The notes: a model not told the origin generated them from the letters alone. A DNA stretch of 63,920 nt, filler included, from Octopus bimaculoides (GCF_001194135.2; 8 parts of 7 records of this genome joined end to end with filler, not necessarily neighbours in it); one strand, 5' to 3'; counted from the whole stretch's first letter, positions 25,070 to 37,639 are shown. A program made the numbers and translations.

Positions 25070-25740
25070 GTTTTATCTGAATAAATTGCTTGGATTTCAT
25101 TATCAGTCTAAATGTTTCTGATGATTGTGGCCAGATTGTTATCATGTATCATGTTTGATATATGTTTATAAAACTGATTATCCATTGAAGTGTTGGCATA
25201 TTACTCAGTGAACATCGCTGCCAGCTTCACCCTTTTCGTATTACACCTCCTGTGACCACTCCTCNNNNNNNNNNNNNNNNNNNNNNNNNNNNNNNNNNNN
25301 NNNNNGTTAATGATGTCTATGCTAAACTGCTTCCTTCTGTTGATTGTGCTGCATTTGCTTGATCTTAGTTTTTTTTTTAAATATTATAGTTTCATTTTTG
25401 CAATTATTTGTGACGAGGCATTGGTACTGCACATCTAAATAGAGATTCTCTGTTTCTGCTTTTAGCCCAGAGCATTTGAACTTCTGTTGTCTTTAACTCT
25501 GGCTTCTTTCTGTCAATCAAGCCTTGCAGGATATTGGCCATGGAGTGTTTTTTTATATTTTATTTTCAGTTTCTCTTTAGTATATTTTGGAATTACTACC
25601 ATGATTAGTTTTGAAATAACCTCACAATTTACACAACTGCATCCAGTAATATAACACCACCCACGTAGCATATATGCTTTCTTAACCCCCACACGACAGT
25701 TTTCTGAAAGCATCAACTTCATCACCTGATGAACTTCTGT
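24640..25740 (-). mobile_element. R4/Dong-clade non-LTR retrotransposon 3' remnant
   Basis: Minus-strand peptides KTLHGQYPARL, SGLKAETENL, VH*VICQHF, TDNEIQA, LPIIIETLGMKK and IAGLPTLQSIQETALFGT, in the colinear order of the R4 CCHC-REL region. Confidence 0.8.
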
Positions 25741-25751
25741 ATTACTGAAGT

Positions 25752-25978
25752 GTATTACTCTTTACTCTTTTACTCTTTTACTTGCTTCAGTCATTTGACT
25801 GTGGCCATGCTGGAGCACCGCCTTTAATCGAGCAAATCGACCCCAGGACTTATTCTTTGCAAGCCTAGTACTTATTCTATCAGTCTCTTTTGCTGAACCA
25901 CCAAGTTACGGGGACATAAACACACCAACATCGATTGTCAAGCAATGTTGTGGGGGACAGACACAGACACACAAACAT

Positions 25979-26032
<54 letters not shown>

Positions 26033-26191
26033 GACGGGCTTCTTTCAGTTTCCATCTACCAAATCCACTCACAAGGCTTTGGTCAGCCCGAAGTTATAGT
26101 AGAAGACACTTGCCCAAGGTGCCACGCAGTGGGACTGAACCAGGAACCATGTGGTTGGTAAGCAAGCTACTTACCACACAGCCACTCCTGC
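25752..26191 (-). mobile_element. Full-length family A SINE
   Basis: Head GCAGGAGTGGCTGTGTGGTAAG (A box) ...GGTTCAGTCCC (B box), internal (TA)n, and a (GTAAAAGA)n tail. Confidence 0.93.
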
Positions 26192-26299
26192 GCCTATGCA
26201 GGATTATGCAGGATTTTTTAAAAATCTGTAGAATTGCATTTTTATGATACATCTGGGACAGGCATGGCTATTATGGTCAGAAGCTTCTTAACAATGTGA

Positions 26300-26675
26300 T
26301 CTCAGGTTCTGTCTCAATGTGTGGTACCTTGGGCAAGTTTCTCCTACTATGGCCCATGTCCAACTAAAGCCGTATGAGTGGATTTGGTTGATGGAAACTG
26401 TAAGAAGCCTGTCGTATGTGTGTGTATGTGTGTGTGTATGTTTGTGTGTGTGTGTGTATGTTTGTGTGTACTGTTGTCTTGACATCATGTTATGATTATA
26501 AGTGACCATCACCATCAGCATCATACAAGCAATGGTGTTCATTTGCAGTGTTGGGGAAATATTACTTGCTTTAAAACAGGTGAGACTTGGTGACAAGAAG
26601 GGCATTTGGCTGTAGAAAATCTGTCACAACTAATTTCATCTGACCCATGCAAGCATGGAAAAGTAGCCGTTAAAT
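26300..26675 (+). mobile_element. Family B SINE (family A head, different 3' half)
   Basis: A-type head, then ...GAAGGGCATTTGGCTGTAGAAAATCTG...GCATGGAAAAGTAGCCGTTAAA leading into (GAT)n. Confidence 0.8.
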
Positions 26676-26691
26676 TGTGATGATGATGATT

Positions 26692-26740
<49 letters not shown>

Positions 26741-26870
26741 CAATGACGATGATGACGAANNNNNNNNNNNNNNNNNNNNNNNNNNNNNNNNNNNNNNNNN
26801 NNNNNNNNNNNNNNNNNNNNNNNNNNNNNNNNNNNNNNNNNNNNNNNNNNAAATTGTGATGATGATGATT

Positions 26871-26919
<49 letters not shown>

Positions 26920-26972
26920 CAATGACGATGATGACGAAGATGATGATGATGATGACAATGATGATGACGAAA

Positions 26973-27027
<55 letters not shown>

Positions 27028-27143
27028 GAATGTTGATGATGATGGTGACAATGACGACAACGACGGCGACAACGATGATAATGATGATGATGAAGATGAT
27101 GACGATGATGACAATGATGACAACAACGACGATGACGAAGATA

Positions 27144-27188
<45 letters not shown>
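26676..27188. repeat. (GAT)n/(GAC)n compound trinucleotide tract with a gap
   Basis: Direct reading; similar tracts at 53335-53520, 55862-56040 and 57595-58570. Confidence 0.97.
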
Positions 27189-27189
<1 letters not shown>

Positions 27190-27190
<1 letters not shown>

Positions 27191-27390
27191 GGCACAGAGC
27201 CAATGATTTTGGGAAAGCAGCTAAGTTGATTACATCAATCTCAATACTCAATCGGTACTTATTTTATCGGCCCAGAAAGGATGAAAAGTAAAGTCAACCT
27301 TGGCTGAATTTGAACTCAGAACACGAAGATGGACAAACTACTGCTAAGCATTTTGCCCAGCGTGCTAACGATTCTGCCAGCTCGCTGCTC
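27190..27390 (-). mobile_element. Family C SINE
   Basis: AAAGGATGAAAAGTAAAGTCAACCTTGGCTGAATTTGAACTCAGAAC...GCCAGCTCGCTGC. Confidence 0.82.
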
Positions 27391-27453
27391 ACAAAGCAAC
27401 AACAACAAGAACAACAACAGCAGCAGCAGCATCAGCAGCAACAGCAGCAGCAG

Positions 27454-27484
<31 letters not shown>

Positions 27485-27959
27485 AACAATGATAATAATA
27501 ATAAGAAGAAGAATGATAATAAAATAATGATGATGTTGATAATAATAGTTAAATGTCCACAAACAAATACGATTTGCTAAAATATTTTTAACAATTAAGT
27601 GGTGATCGATTTTTTACTTTGATTAGAGAAGCAGGTCAATCTATATATATTGATCACACTGATTTTGTTAAAGATATCATTAGATTGATTGAAGTAAATT
27701 GACTGATCAAACTTGATAATGAAGTCTGATGAAAATATTCCACAATGTATATTTTGGCTAAACTACAGTTATAAGAATTTTCTGATGGAGTTGTTTATAG
27801 TTGATGTAAAAACCATAGTAAGGAATTATGTTAAAGGATTCTGAGACCAAATTCTTGCTAATTGTTCTGAACTGTATTTTGTTGATTTTTAATTTTCATG
27901 GTTGCTATTGGATACAATCTAAGTTGGTGTTTTTTAAAAATATTTTTTAACATAAAGAT

Positions 27960-28420
27960 GCAGGGGTGGCTGTATGGTTAAGGAGCTTGCTTATCAGCCT
28001 TGTGGTCTTGAGTTCAGTCCTACTGCATGGCACCTTGGGCAAATGTCTTTTACTATAATCTTGAGCCAGCTTTGTGGGTAGAACTGGCAAATGGAAACTG
28101 AAAGTAGCTTATTTTATACGTATCACATGCACACATACATACACACATGTATGTATATGTATATGTATGTGTATGTGTGTGTGTGTTAGTTTGTACCCTG
28201 GTCTAGACATTATGTGAAGGTTGTAGACAAGCATCACCATCATACAAGCAATGTTATTCATTTCCTGTCTTTTGTGAAAAACATGTCTGGTTATGGGGAA
28301 ATATTACCATGTTTGGAAACAGATGAGGGTTGACAACAGGAAAGGCATCCAACCATAAAAATCTACTTCTTTAAATTCTGTCTGACCCATGCAAGCACAG
28401 AAAAATGGATGTTAAATGAT
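27960..28420 (+). mobile_element. Family B SINE
   Basis: GCAGGGGTGGCTGTATGGTTAAG head, internal (TG)n, tail ...GGATGTTAAATGATGAT. Confidence 0.85.
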
Positions 28421-29048
28421 GATGATGATGATAATGATGATGATGGTGGTGGTGGTGGTGGTGGTGGTGGTGGTGTTGAAGATGATGATGATGGCAGTGT
28501 TGTTGTTGCATAAGTGTTACTAATCCAAATATGCTTGTACTTCAATTTGGACCATAGAGTTTTTATAGAAGTCCAGTAGCTGACAAAGGGTGAAGTATTG
28601 TTTGATTCTGAACCTGAAGCCTAATTTCCAGAATACCCAGAATCCATTAAGTCCCCTTTTTATTTAATAAATGATTTATCTATGTTTCCTTCCCAAACCA
28701 TCAGAATTAATACAGAGAAATATGTCGCAGTTGCAATCTAATGAATCACGTGCAACAAATGTGCAATGACATCAGAAATAAGTTTGCAATGAGATACAAT
28801 AAAGATTCAATATTTGTCCAGCCCATGCCAGCATGGAAAACGGACATTAATTGAAGATGATGGTGAAGGAACAGCAGATAAGAAAACACAAATATGAATG
28901 AGTAAAGCAAATAGGTGCAGGCATGGGGGTGTGGTTAAGATAACTGTAATCCAACTTCATCATGTTACAAGGAATGATCTTAGTGTGATCAGAGTGACTT
29001 TAGCATTACAAGATTAAGTCAAAAAGTTTTTTGTATTTCAAGCTTTAA

Positions 29049-29588
29049 CTCTTTAGCATTTAAACCAGCCTATCAGGTTCACAGTCATGAGGTGGTGAGT
29101 TCAATTGCCTGACCAGGCTGTGTGTTGTGTTCTTGAGCAAGACACTTTATTTCATGTTGCTCCAGTTCACCCATCTGTAGAAATGAGTTGTAAGGTCACT
29201 GGTGCCAAGCTGTACCAGCGCTTGCCTTTCTCTTAAATAACATTAGTGGCATGGAGAGAGGAGGCTGGCATGCATGGGCGACTGCTGGTCTTTTATAAGC
29301 AACCTTCCCCAGACATGTGCCTTGGAGGGAAACTTTCTTGGTGCAATCCCATGGTTATTCATGACTGAAGGGGGTCTTTACCCTTTACCCTTTCCAGCCC
29401 AAATATTCTACCTGTTTTTATGTTGAAACCAGCCAGATCAAGCCTCTCACACTTACCTTACAATGTTATTTTGAGAGTAAACAACCACATCATTGAAATC
29501 CTGAAGTTATGATATAATACATGATTAATTTACAGCAATGTGAATGAATAAGCATTATATCTAACAGAGTAATCTGAATGCTAAAAGG
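29049..29588 (+). mobile_element. piggyBac-like MITE with TTAA TSD, split by a head-type-2 SINE (~29072-29392)
   Basis: TTAA (29045-29048)|CTCTTTAGCATT ... AATGCTAAAAGG|TTAA (29589-29592). The inserted SINE has GTGTTCTTGAGCAAGACACTTTATTTC and a (TTTACCC) tail. Confidence 0.8.
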
Positions 29589-29619
29589 TTAATTAATAGT
29601 TCAAACAAATTACATTCAA

Positions 29620-30600
29620 AAAGCATTTATTCTTCAAAATACATCCCATCATTTTGTTGTCTGTTGTCATCATTGCATGGAAAAGCTTGATTCCATGCTT
29701 ATATCATTTGACTGGTTTAGAAGTAAAAACTCCCTGCATCCATGTTCAATTTCACCTGCATTGTTGAACCTCCATCTGTGCAGGAAATAAGCCAAAAAAG
29801 ATGGTTATCTGATGGTGCAAGCTCTGGACTATAGGCAGGGTGAGGCAACAATTCCAACCCCTCAAGTTTGCACTTGGTTACATTGGTAGTGCATACCGGG
29901 GGAATTGTCATGCTGTAGAAGTGAATGTCTTTGATTGACCAATGCTGGGTAGCAAGCCTTCAAAACATCATGTACTTGCTGCAGTTGAGCATAAAGGTTA
30001 GCCTTCACAACATGAACATCTGGGACAAGTTCAAAGTTCAACAACTCCTTGAAATTTCACCAAACACACATGAGCTTCTGTTCAAAGCACTCTTATTTGA
30101 CAACAGGTTATGAAGCCTGGCTGGAATAAGCCACTGATTTCTCTTATTAGGATTATAAAAATAGATCCATTTTTCATCCCCAGTTATAATTCGACACAAA
30201 AAAATAGGCATTTTGAGGATTTGCCAGCAGTTGTTTGCAAATGTTTACATATTGAGTTGGGTCATTAGTCAGTTCATGAGGAGCTTCTCAACAACATCTG
30301 TTTACAAGTGTAAGCTTAAACAGGTGTCGATTTATGGTGCTTTGTAAAGGACCAAGTTCTGCCAACAAAGTACAAATACTTGTGCTTGGCTGTTGTTCAA
30401 CCATTCCAGTCAAGGTTTCATCTCCCACAACAGACCTTGGTTTGTCCTTGAAGCTGGTGTCACCTTCTTTGAAACACCAGAACTAGTTTTATGCCAAACA
30501 TTTGTTGACAGTTCACATCATTAATTTCTTATTTTGTTACCCTTGCACTCAGCCTTTTTTTCTGCAGGCTGCATAAAATGGCTCTAATTGCAATATTTTA
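29620..30600 (-). mobile_element. Decayed mariner transposase
   Basis: Minus-strand peptides FWCFKEGDTSFKDKPRS, APHELT, WDEKWIYFYNP, LLQHDNSP and LLPHPAYSPELAPSDNHLF. Confidence 0.85.
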
Positions 30601-30900
30601 ATTACTCATTATCAAAGCTGTAAAATAGGGAATAAACAATTAATAGATAATTCAGCAATGATTGGACAAATATCAAATTAATCATGTAACATGGAGATAC
30701 AAGTAGTCAAAAATCATCAGTGAAAATCTGAAAAACATTTGACTTAACCTGATATATCACTGTGATAACATGACACCAAACCAAAGGGATTCTGAGCTAA
30801 GCATGGCACTAGGACCCTGTCAAGATGGTATTAGTATAACATTTAATATGACCTTGGCATGGCATAAGTGTGATATTAAACCCACACTAATGAGACAGAG

Positions 30901-31211
30901 TGGAGGCACATGGTCTAGTGGCTAGAGCAGCAGACTTGTGGTTAAGGGATCACAGGTTTGAATCTCAGACCGGGTGATGTGTGTGTTTATGAGCGAAACA
31001 CCTAAAGCTCCACACGGCTCTTGCAGAAGGTAATGGTGAACTTCTACTGCCTCTTTCACCAAAACTTTCTCTCACTCTTTCCTTCTGCATTTAGCAGTTC
31101 ACTTGCGATGGACTGGCTTCCTGTTCAGGTGGGCAACTTACACGCTGGTGAAACAGGGAAACTGGCCTTTATGATCCAGGCATGGATCAAGAAGGAACAA
31201 ACAACAACAAC
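30901..31211 (+). mobile_element. tRNA-derived SINE (head type 1) with a V-domain-like segment and 12-bp TSD
   Basis: TSD AATGAGACAGAG at 30889-30900 and 31212-31223; (AAC)n tail; TTGCGATGGACTGGCTTCCTGTTCAGG resembles the V-SINE core. Confidence 0.88.
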
Positions 31212-32804
31212 AATGAGACAGAGGCTGTTTACCAAATTGACATGGATTTCTCAAGAACCATACAGTTCTGCAATGGAGTTAGATCCGTATCTAATGATGT
31301 TTTTTGTTTTTGTTTTTCATTACTACAGTTTTATTCTACTATTCATTCACTGACAAAAAAGATTTCGAGACAGGATACTAACAAAACACTTCAAAGTGGG
31401 TATTACCCAGACCNNNNNNNNNNNNNNNNNNNNNNNNNNNNNNNNNNNNNNNNNNNNTTAATTAATTAANNNNNNNNNNNNNNNNNNNNNNNNNNNNNNN
31501 NNNNNNNNNNNNNTATATATATATATATATATACACAGACACACACATACATGCATATATATATATACATACATATATATATATATGCATGCATATACAT
31601 ATGTACAAACATGCATGCATACATACATTCATACATACATACACGAAGGATTTATTGGGAAAAAAATATACTACGAGAATGCCATGCTCACTGCCACCTC
31701 TGCTGCAATTATTAGCTACGTAATAAAGTGAAATGACTTTTATTCCTAAGTAAAATCCGAATAAATTTTCAAATTTCTTATCGGTCAACCAAGTCACTGC
31801 ACCAGCAACCCATTGGGTCACACGTGAAAGCTTAAACGACGGCCAGATGGAAGCCAACTGTAGCCCTAAACAAAGACCAACGACAGCATAAGTAACCCAG
31901 CGGCTCTTAATTAAATAAGGGCTAAATGCTGACTGAAATGAATAAATCCCTCCCTCCNNNNNNNNNNNNNNNNNNNNNNNNNNNNNNNNNNNNNNNNNNN
32001 NNNNNNNNNNNNNNNNNNNNNNNNNNNNNNNNNNNNNNNNNNNNNNNNNNNNNNNNNNNNNNNNNNNNNNNNNNNNNNNNNNNNNNNNNNNNNNNNNNNN
32101 NNNNNNNNNNNNNNNNNNNNNNNNNNNNNNNNNNNNNNNNNNNNNNNNNNNNNNNNNNNNNNNNNNNNNNNNNNNNNNNNNNNNNNNNNNNNNNNNNNNN
32201 NNNNNNNNNNNNNNNNNNNNNNNNNNNNNNNNNNNNNNNNNNNNNNNNNNNNNNNNNNNNNNNNNNNNNNNNNNNNNNNNNNNNNNNNNNNNNNNNNNNN
32301 NNNNNNNNNNNNNNNNNNNNNNCCCCCTCCTCCATCCATCCATCCAAACAAACAAACAAAATTCATTTTCTTCCAAACTATTCCCCAGACCTTACCCGAC
32401 ACATAGTGTCATGTTTCCTAACTTTCGTAGTGTCACTTCGACCCTTAGAAAGCAGTAAGAGTTAAATGCTGAATGTGAATAGACTGAAAATTAGATTTTT
32501 CTTGCAAGACATTGCTCTCACCTTATCAAACACTATATTTAATGCCTTTTGTAAATTTAATATTAAACACGAAATAGTTGAAAACAATATACGTAAATGT
32601 TCACAGCAACAGCAAAAAGAAAGAAGAAAGCAATAAAACAAACAAACTAAAGCAGAACAAAAACGCTAATTTTCATTACATTTTATTGATGAAAAACAAA
32701 AACACCCTGTTATTATTTAACATAGGCCCATTATACATCCAATGTTAGAAAAAATGTCTGTGATTCCCTTAATTTGCTTACGTAGGGACCTGTTATTCAT
32801 ATGG

Positions 32805-33160
32805 TTTCATTTTGAATCGTGCATCTCTGATCACGAGCAGAAGTAGTGGGGGAGTATCATAGCCATGTGTTGAGAGGAATTCTTTGAGGTTTGAATAATT
32901 CACCTCTGGAAACAACACTTATTCAGGGACCTTTTGAGCGGGATGGGTTACTCAACCCAAAGAAAATTCTAACTGGACCCCCACCTGCAATTTCATGCGC
33001 TGTTAATCTTGATAGGAGATTGCCATGTCACGCACATATGGCTGTGATGCACGTGCCTGGTGTCCCCTTATCAGATGGGCAGTCATGATGGGTATACTGG
33101 GCTTCGTAAATTTACTCCAGTGTCACTCTGATGGCATGCATTGCTTTCTCATTCAATAAT
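32805..33160 (+). mobile_element. Family F interspersed repeat (retroposon-like, (AAT)n tail)
   Basis: Shares GCATCTCTG...GCAGAAGTAGT...TGAATAATTCACCTCTGGAAAC...GGCTTCGTA with 57103-57610. Confidence 0.8.
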
Positions 33161-33480
33161 ATACATGCATGCATGCATACATACATACGTACATACACAT
33201 ATTTCTAAATACGCGCGCACGCATACATACATACATACACACACACACGCACGCGTGTGTGTTTATATTAGACGCAGGTATAGCTGTATGATTACGAAAC
33301 CAAGTGGTGTCGAGTTCAGTTCCATTGCGCGGCACCCTAAGGCAGGCGCTGTAGGCTGTCAATGCCTTCTGCATTTTGGCAGACGGAAACTGTATGGAAG
33401 CCTATCAAACATATACATATGCGCACACATATCCACGCACGCACACATATACAGAGAGGGAGAGTACTTTCAAGTACTTT

Positions 33481-34128
33481 CAGGAGTGGCTGTGTGGTAA
33501 GCAGCTTACTTACCAACTACATGGTTCCGGGTTCAGTCCCACTACGTGACACCTTGGGCAAGTGTCTTCTACTATAGACTCGGGCCGACCAAAGCCTTGT
33601 GAGTGGATTTGGTAGATGGAAACTGAAAGAAGCGTGTCGTGTATATATATATCTATATATAGTCACAATAAGCAACAAGGATATCCAAAGTTAATGCAGT
33701 ACGATCGTTTTATGCGACTCCATTTAATTAAGCAATGTGAACATTACATCGAATATAAAGATGATATAGAAATTTAAAATATAAAAGATATAGAAATTTA
33801 ATGAAATTACATTTAAACAGAAGGACATATTTTTATTATTAAATTATTTAATTATATGATTTAATTATAAAAATATGTCCTTCTGTTTAAATGTAATTTA
33901 ATTGAATTTCTATATCCTTGTGCAGTTGAAGATTGCTCTGCATTTTATATTTGATGTAATGTTCACATTGCTTAATTAAATGGAGTCGCATGAAACGATC
34001 GTACTGCATTAACTTTGGATATCCTTGTTGCTTATTTTGACTTTAATCACCTTATTTTGAAACTGTATGGATAATACCATACTTAATTCTAGTGCCTAAA
34101 CTTAAGTACCATATTCACCTGAATCTAA

Positions 34129-34203
<75 letters not shown>

Positions 34204-34410
34204 TGTGTCTGTGTTTGCCCCTCCCCTCCCAACATCACTTGACAACCGATGCTGGTGCGTTTGCGTCTCCGTAAATTAGCGGTTCGGCAAAAGACATCGA
34301 TAGAATAAGTACTAGGCTTATAAAGAATAAGTCCTGGGGTCGATTTTCTCGACTAAAGGCGGTGCTCCAGCATGGCCGCAATCAAATGACTGACACAAGT
34401 AAAAGAGTAA
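33481..34410 (+). mobile_element. Family A SINE interrupted in its internal microsatellite by a foldback element
   Basis: Head at 33481-33650, 3' half at ~34200-34410, insertion between them. Confidence 0.9.
33661..34042. mobile_element. 382-bp foldback MITE-like element
   Basis: ~100-bp outer inverted repeats (AGTCAcAATAAGCAACAAGGATATCC...) with 3 mismatches, plus ~50-bp inner inverted repeats. Confidence 0.9.
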
Positions 34411-34759
34411 AAGAACATATATATATATATATACACACATATATATATATATATATATAGTAGATACAAACGCGCGCACACACGCATACGTTATGAGTAT
34501 TGATATAAAGAAGTGCATATCATTAATAGCATATTGAAATAGCTGATGAATGAAAAAATGGACGGACGATGACGGGGAAGAGAGAAAGAGAGGAGGGTGA
34601 TGAGAGAGAGAGAGGAGGGGGAGAAAGAGAAACGAATGCAATAAATAATGGTATATAAAAGAGAGAAATAAACAGAAAGGCGCAAAATATTGTGTACCAT
34701 AATTTGCTTTTTCTGTGACTTCAATTTTTCTTTTGTCTTGCACCGAAAATTATATACGT

Positions 34760-34850
34760 GTGCATGAACAACGTATGGCTTTATGCACATGTTTCCATCC
34801 TACTGACGTCATTGAAGGTGAGTCTTCAATACTTGTCGTTGATTGGCCGA
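34760..34850 (+). promoter_or_regulatory. Putative ASPG 5' region: CRE, donor site, reverse CCAAT
   Basis: TGACGTCA at 34804-34811; AAG|GTGAGT donor at 34818; ATTGG at 34842-34846; CpG-richer than the flanks. Confidence 0.5.
34764..34817 (+). CDS. ASPG: Candidate upstream ASPG exon (5'UTR or optional N-terminal extension MNNVWLYAHVSILLTSLK)
   Basis: ATG at 34764, 54 nt, phase-0 donor GTGAGT. Splicing to the acceptor at 35087 keeps frame with the ATG at 35171. Inference only. Confidence 0.35.
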
Positions 34851-35170
34851 AAGTCCTCTCCCACTTTAGCAGGATGTTTAACGTTTTCGATGAAGCAATA
34901 AGGCGCTTGTCTCCAAGGACGTGTTCCACACAGTGAAAAAGAAAGAACAGTTACAGGAAATATTTCCACAACTTTTACACAGACTACTAATATTCGGGCA
35001 AACGAAAGGCCCATACAGATTCAGTTTGTTAGCCAGAGCACAACCGTTGCTGATTTTGTTTTTGTTTTTTTTTTGTGTGTATCCAGGATATTTACGCACC
35101 AACACACCTCCGTATAATTTTGACCTTATATCCATTACTCCCTGTTTTCATATTTGAACATAAACGCAAC

Positions 35171-35285
35171 ATGTCTCTCATCAGAAATTTCAGTACTTCG
35201 TCTCAAGCAGAAGCTGACACAAGCAAGAAAGTGTTGGTTCTCTATACAGGTGGAACCATTGGTATGAAACGGGACACGAATGGAA
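35171..35285 (+). CDS. ASPG: L-asparaginase / 60 kDa lysophospholipase, first conserved coding exon
   Basis: MSLIRNFSTSSQAEADTSKKVLVLYTGGTIGMKRDTNG contains the asparaginase TGGTI catalytic-Thr motif. Acceptor poly-T...CCAG|35087; phase-1 donor GTATGT at 35286. Confidence 0.92.
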
Positions 35286-35536
35286 GTATGTTATTTTTGT
35301 TTATTATCTGGTTTCACTATTTGTGTTGATTTATACTCCTACTCTTTCTTTTTCTGTCGCATCCCCCCCCTCTCTCTCTCTCTTCCATTTTATGTCTCTA
35401 ATGTCTTTGACTGTACAACTGAGAAAAAAGAAAAAAAAAACACGCAATTATGTGAACACACGCACACACATGTTCATTTATAATGAGTAAACTCATTTAC
35501 ACACGCAAACACACAAATTATATATATATATATAAA

Positions 35537-35663
35537 CAGGGTGTCCACAAGGTCTGGGTACATGGAGTAAATAAAGTCATAACATAAACAATTAAATATA
35601 AGAAATAATAATTTCTTAAAGTATGTGTTAATCCTCATGTACCCAGACTTTGTGGACACCCTT
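35537..35663. mobile_element. 127-bp Tc1/mariner-derived MITE in the ASPG intron
   Basis: 28-bp TIRs CAGGGTGTCCACAAGGTCTGGGTACATG with 2 mismatches; TA on the right, TA-rich on the left. Confidence 0.88.
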
Positions 35664-36250
35664 TATNNNNNNNNNNNNNNNNNNNNNNNNNNNNNNNNNN
35701 NNNNNNNNNNNNNNNNNNNNNNNNNNNNNNNNNNNNNNNNNNNNNNNNNNNNNNNNNNNNNNNNNNNNNNNNNNNNNNNNNNNNNNNNNNNNNNNNNNNN
35801 NNNNNNNNNNNNNNNNNNNNNNNNNNNNNNNNNNNNNNNNNNNNNNNNNNNNNNNNNNNNNNNNNNNNNNNNNNNNNNNNNNNNNNNNNNNNNNNNNNNN
35901 NNNNNNNNNNNNNNNNNNNNNNNNNNNNNNNNNNNNNNNNNNNNNNNNNNNNNNNNNNNNNNNNNNNNNNNNNNNNNNNNNNNNNNNNNNNNNNNNNNNN
36001 NNNNNNNNNNNNNNNNNNAAAATCCCAGATTCATAATCTCTATTTTTATACGCGCACTCACACATACATACACACGACTGAGCACAGAAAATTGATTAGA
36101 ATAGCTTTTAAAATAATCAAATTGAGCTTAACTCCTTTTCTAGCCTGTTAAATTTAAAAAAAAACAACATAAAACTAAGTAAAATATGGAAGAAATGTGA
36201 AGTAAAAATTACCAAAGACGAAAATTATAAGCTGTGGTCTAATATTCCCG

Positions 36251-36645
36251 AGCAGGAGTGGCTGTGTGGTAAGTAGCTTGCTTACGAACCACATGGTTCC
36301 GGGTTCAGTCCCACTGCGTGGCACCTTGGGCAAGTGTCTTCTACTATAGCCTTGGGCCGACCAAAGCCTTGTGAGTTGATTTGGTAGACGGAAACTGAAA
36401 GAAGCCCATCGTATATATGTATATGTATGTGTGTGTGTCTCTGTGTTTGTCCCCCCAAGATCACTTGACAACCGATGTTGGTGTGTTTACGTCCCCGTAA
36501 CTTAGCGGTTCGGCAAAAAAAGACCGATAAAATAAGTACTAGGCTTACAAACAATAAGTCCTGGGGTCGATTTGATTCGACTAAAGGTGGTACTCCAGCA
36601 TGGCCGCAGTCAAATGACTGAAACAAGTAAAAGAGTAAAGAGTAA
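36251..36645 (+). mobile_element. Full-length family A SINE; an inverted head fragment lies at 36905-37025
   Basis: A box TGGCTGTGTGG, B box GGTTCAGTCCC, GTAAAAGAGTAAA tail. Confidence 0.93.
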
Positions 36646-37639
36646 ACTATTGATATAATACAAAAAGAAGCAATGCATGAAATGCACATTCAATAACTGA
36701 TAAATATAAAATCGATTTACAAAAGTAATATGACTCGTAAATACCTACACATTTGTGAAATTTACATATTATTGAAGATAGGGCGAGCACAGCGTCACTG
36801 GTCGCGTACTTACGTCGAAGTTTGTTCTTAGCATCCAAGCAATTAGATTTATGTATGGAACACTGTCAGTGTTGGAATTCGCAAAATTGAGCGAATGATT
36901 AACAAATCCACTCACAAGGCTTTGGTCAGTCAGGGGCTATAGTAGCAGACACTTACCCTTGGTGCCATGCAGTGGAACTGAACCCAGAATGATGTGTAAG
37001 CTTCTTACCACATAGCCACGTCTGTGCCTAGTATTATAAGCAGGTTCATCAAAAGCAAGAATATTTTCATCTTGAATTTCAATATCTGGAATTTTACTTG
37101 CTTCCTTGCTGATTATTTTCCTATGTGTGCTAGAATTACATCTATGTCTGCATTGCTTGTTGTGAAAAGAAGTAAAACTAGTTTCCTGTCAGCCATTTCT
37201 CTTGTAATTAGTTTCTTAATGACTCAGTCCACTGGCTTTGGTAGACTTGAAATATATTCATTTGCTTCAATTAATGCTCCGTACTCTTTTTAACCTTTTT
37301 TTACAAATCCACCTGAGGACGTCCTTGGTTCTGTGGGACAATTTTCTTTTTGAATAAACTGATTAGCTCTCATGCTAGTGCCACAGAAAAGTACCCAGCA
37401 CACTCTGTAAAGTGGCTGGTATTAGGAAGCGCTTCCAGTCATAGAAACCATGCCAAATTACCAGCTCTGGTCAAACCGTCCAGCCTATGCCAGCATGGAC
37501 AATGGACATTAAATGATGTTGCTGCTGCTGATGATGGTGATCCAATCTTTGGGAGTGAGTAGAAATAGGTTTTGCTAAATGGCTTAAATTCAAATTAAAG
37601 AATCATTTTTTTTCCCTAGTTTTAAAAAGTGGCATTTAC

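Noticed and set aside
26673-26940. Direct repeat on both sides of an N gap
   Set aside because: Overlapping contig ends left unmerged; assembly artefact.
26670-27251. Poly-His, poly-Met, poly-Ser and poly-Asp ORFs here and at 53228-53708, 55736-56101 and 57450-58600
   Set aside because: Frames of (GAT)n/(GAC)n tracts, several seeded by SINE tails.
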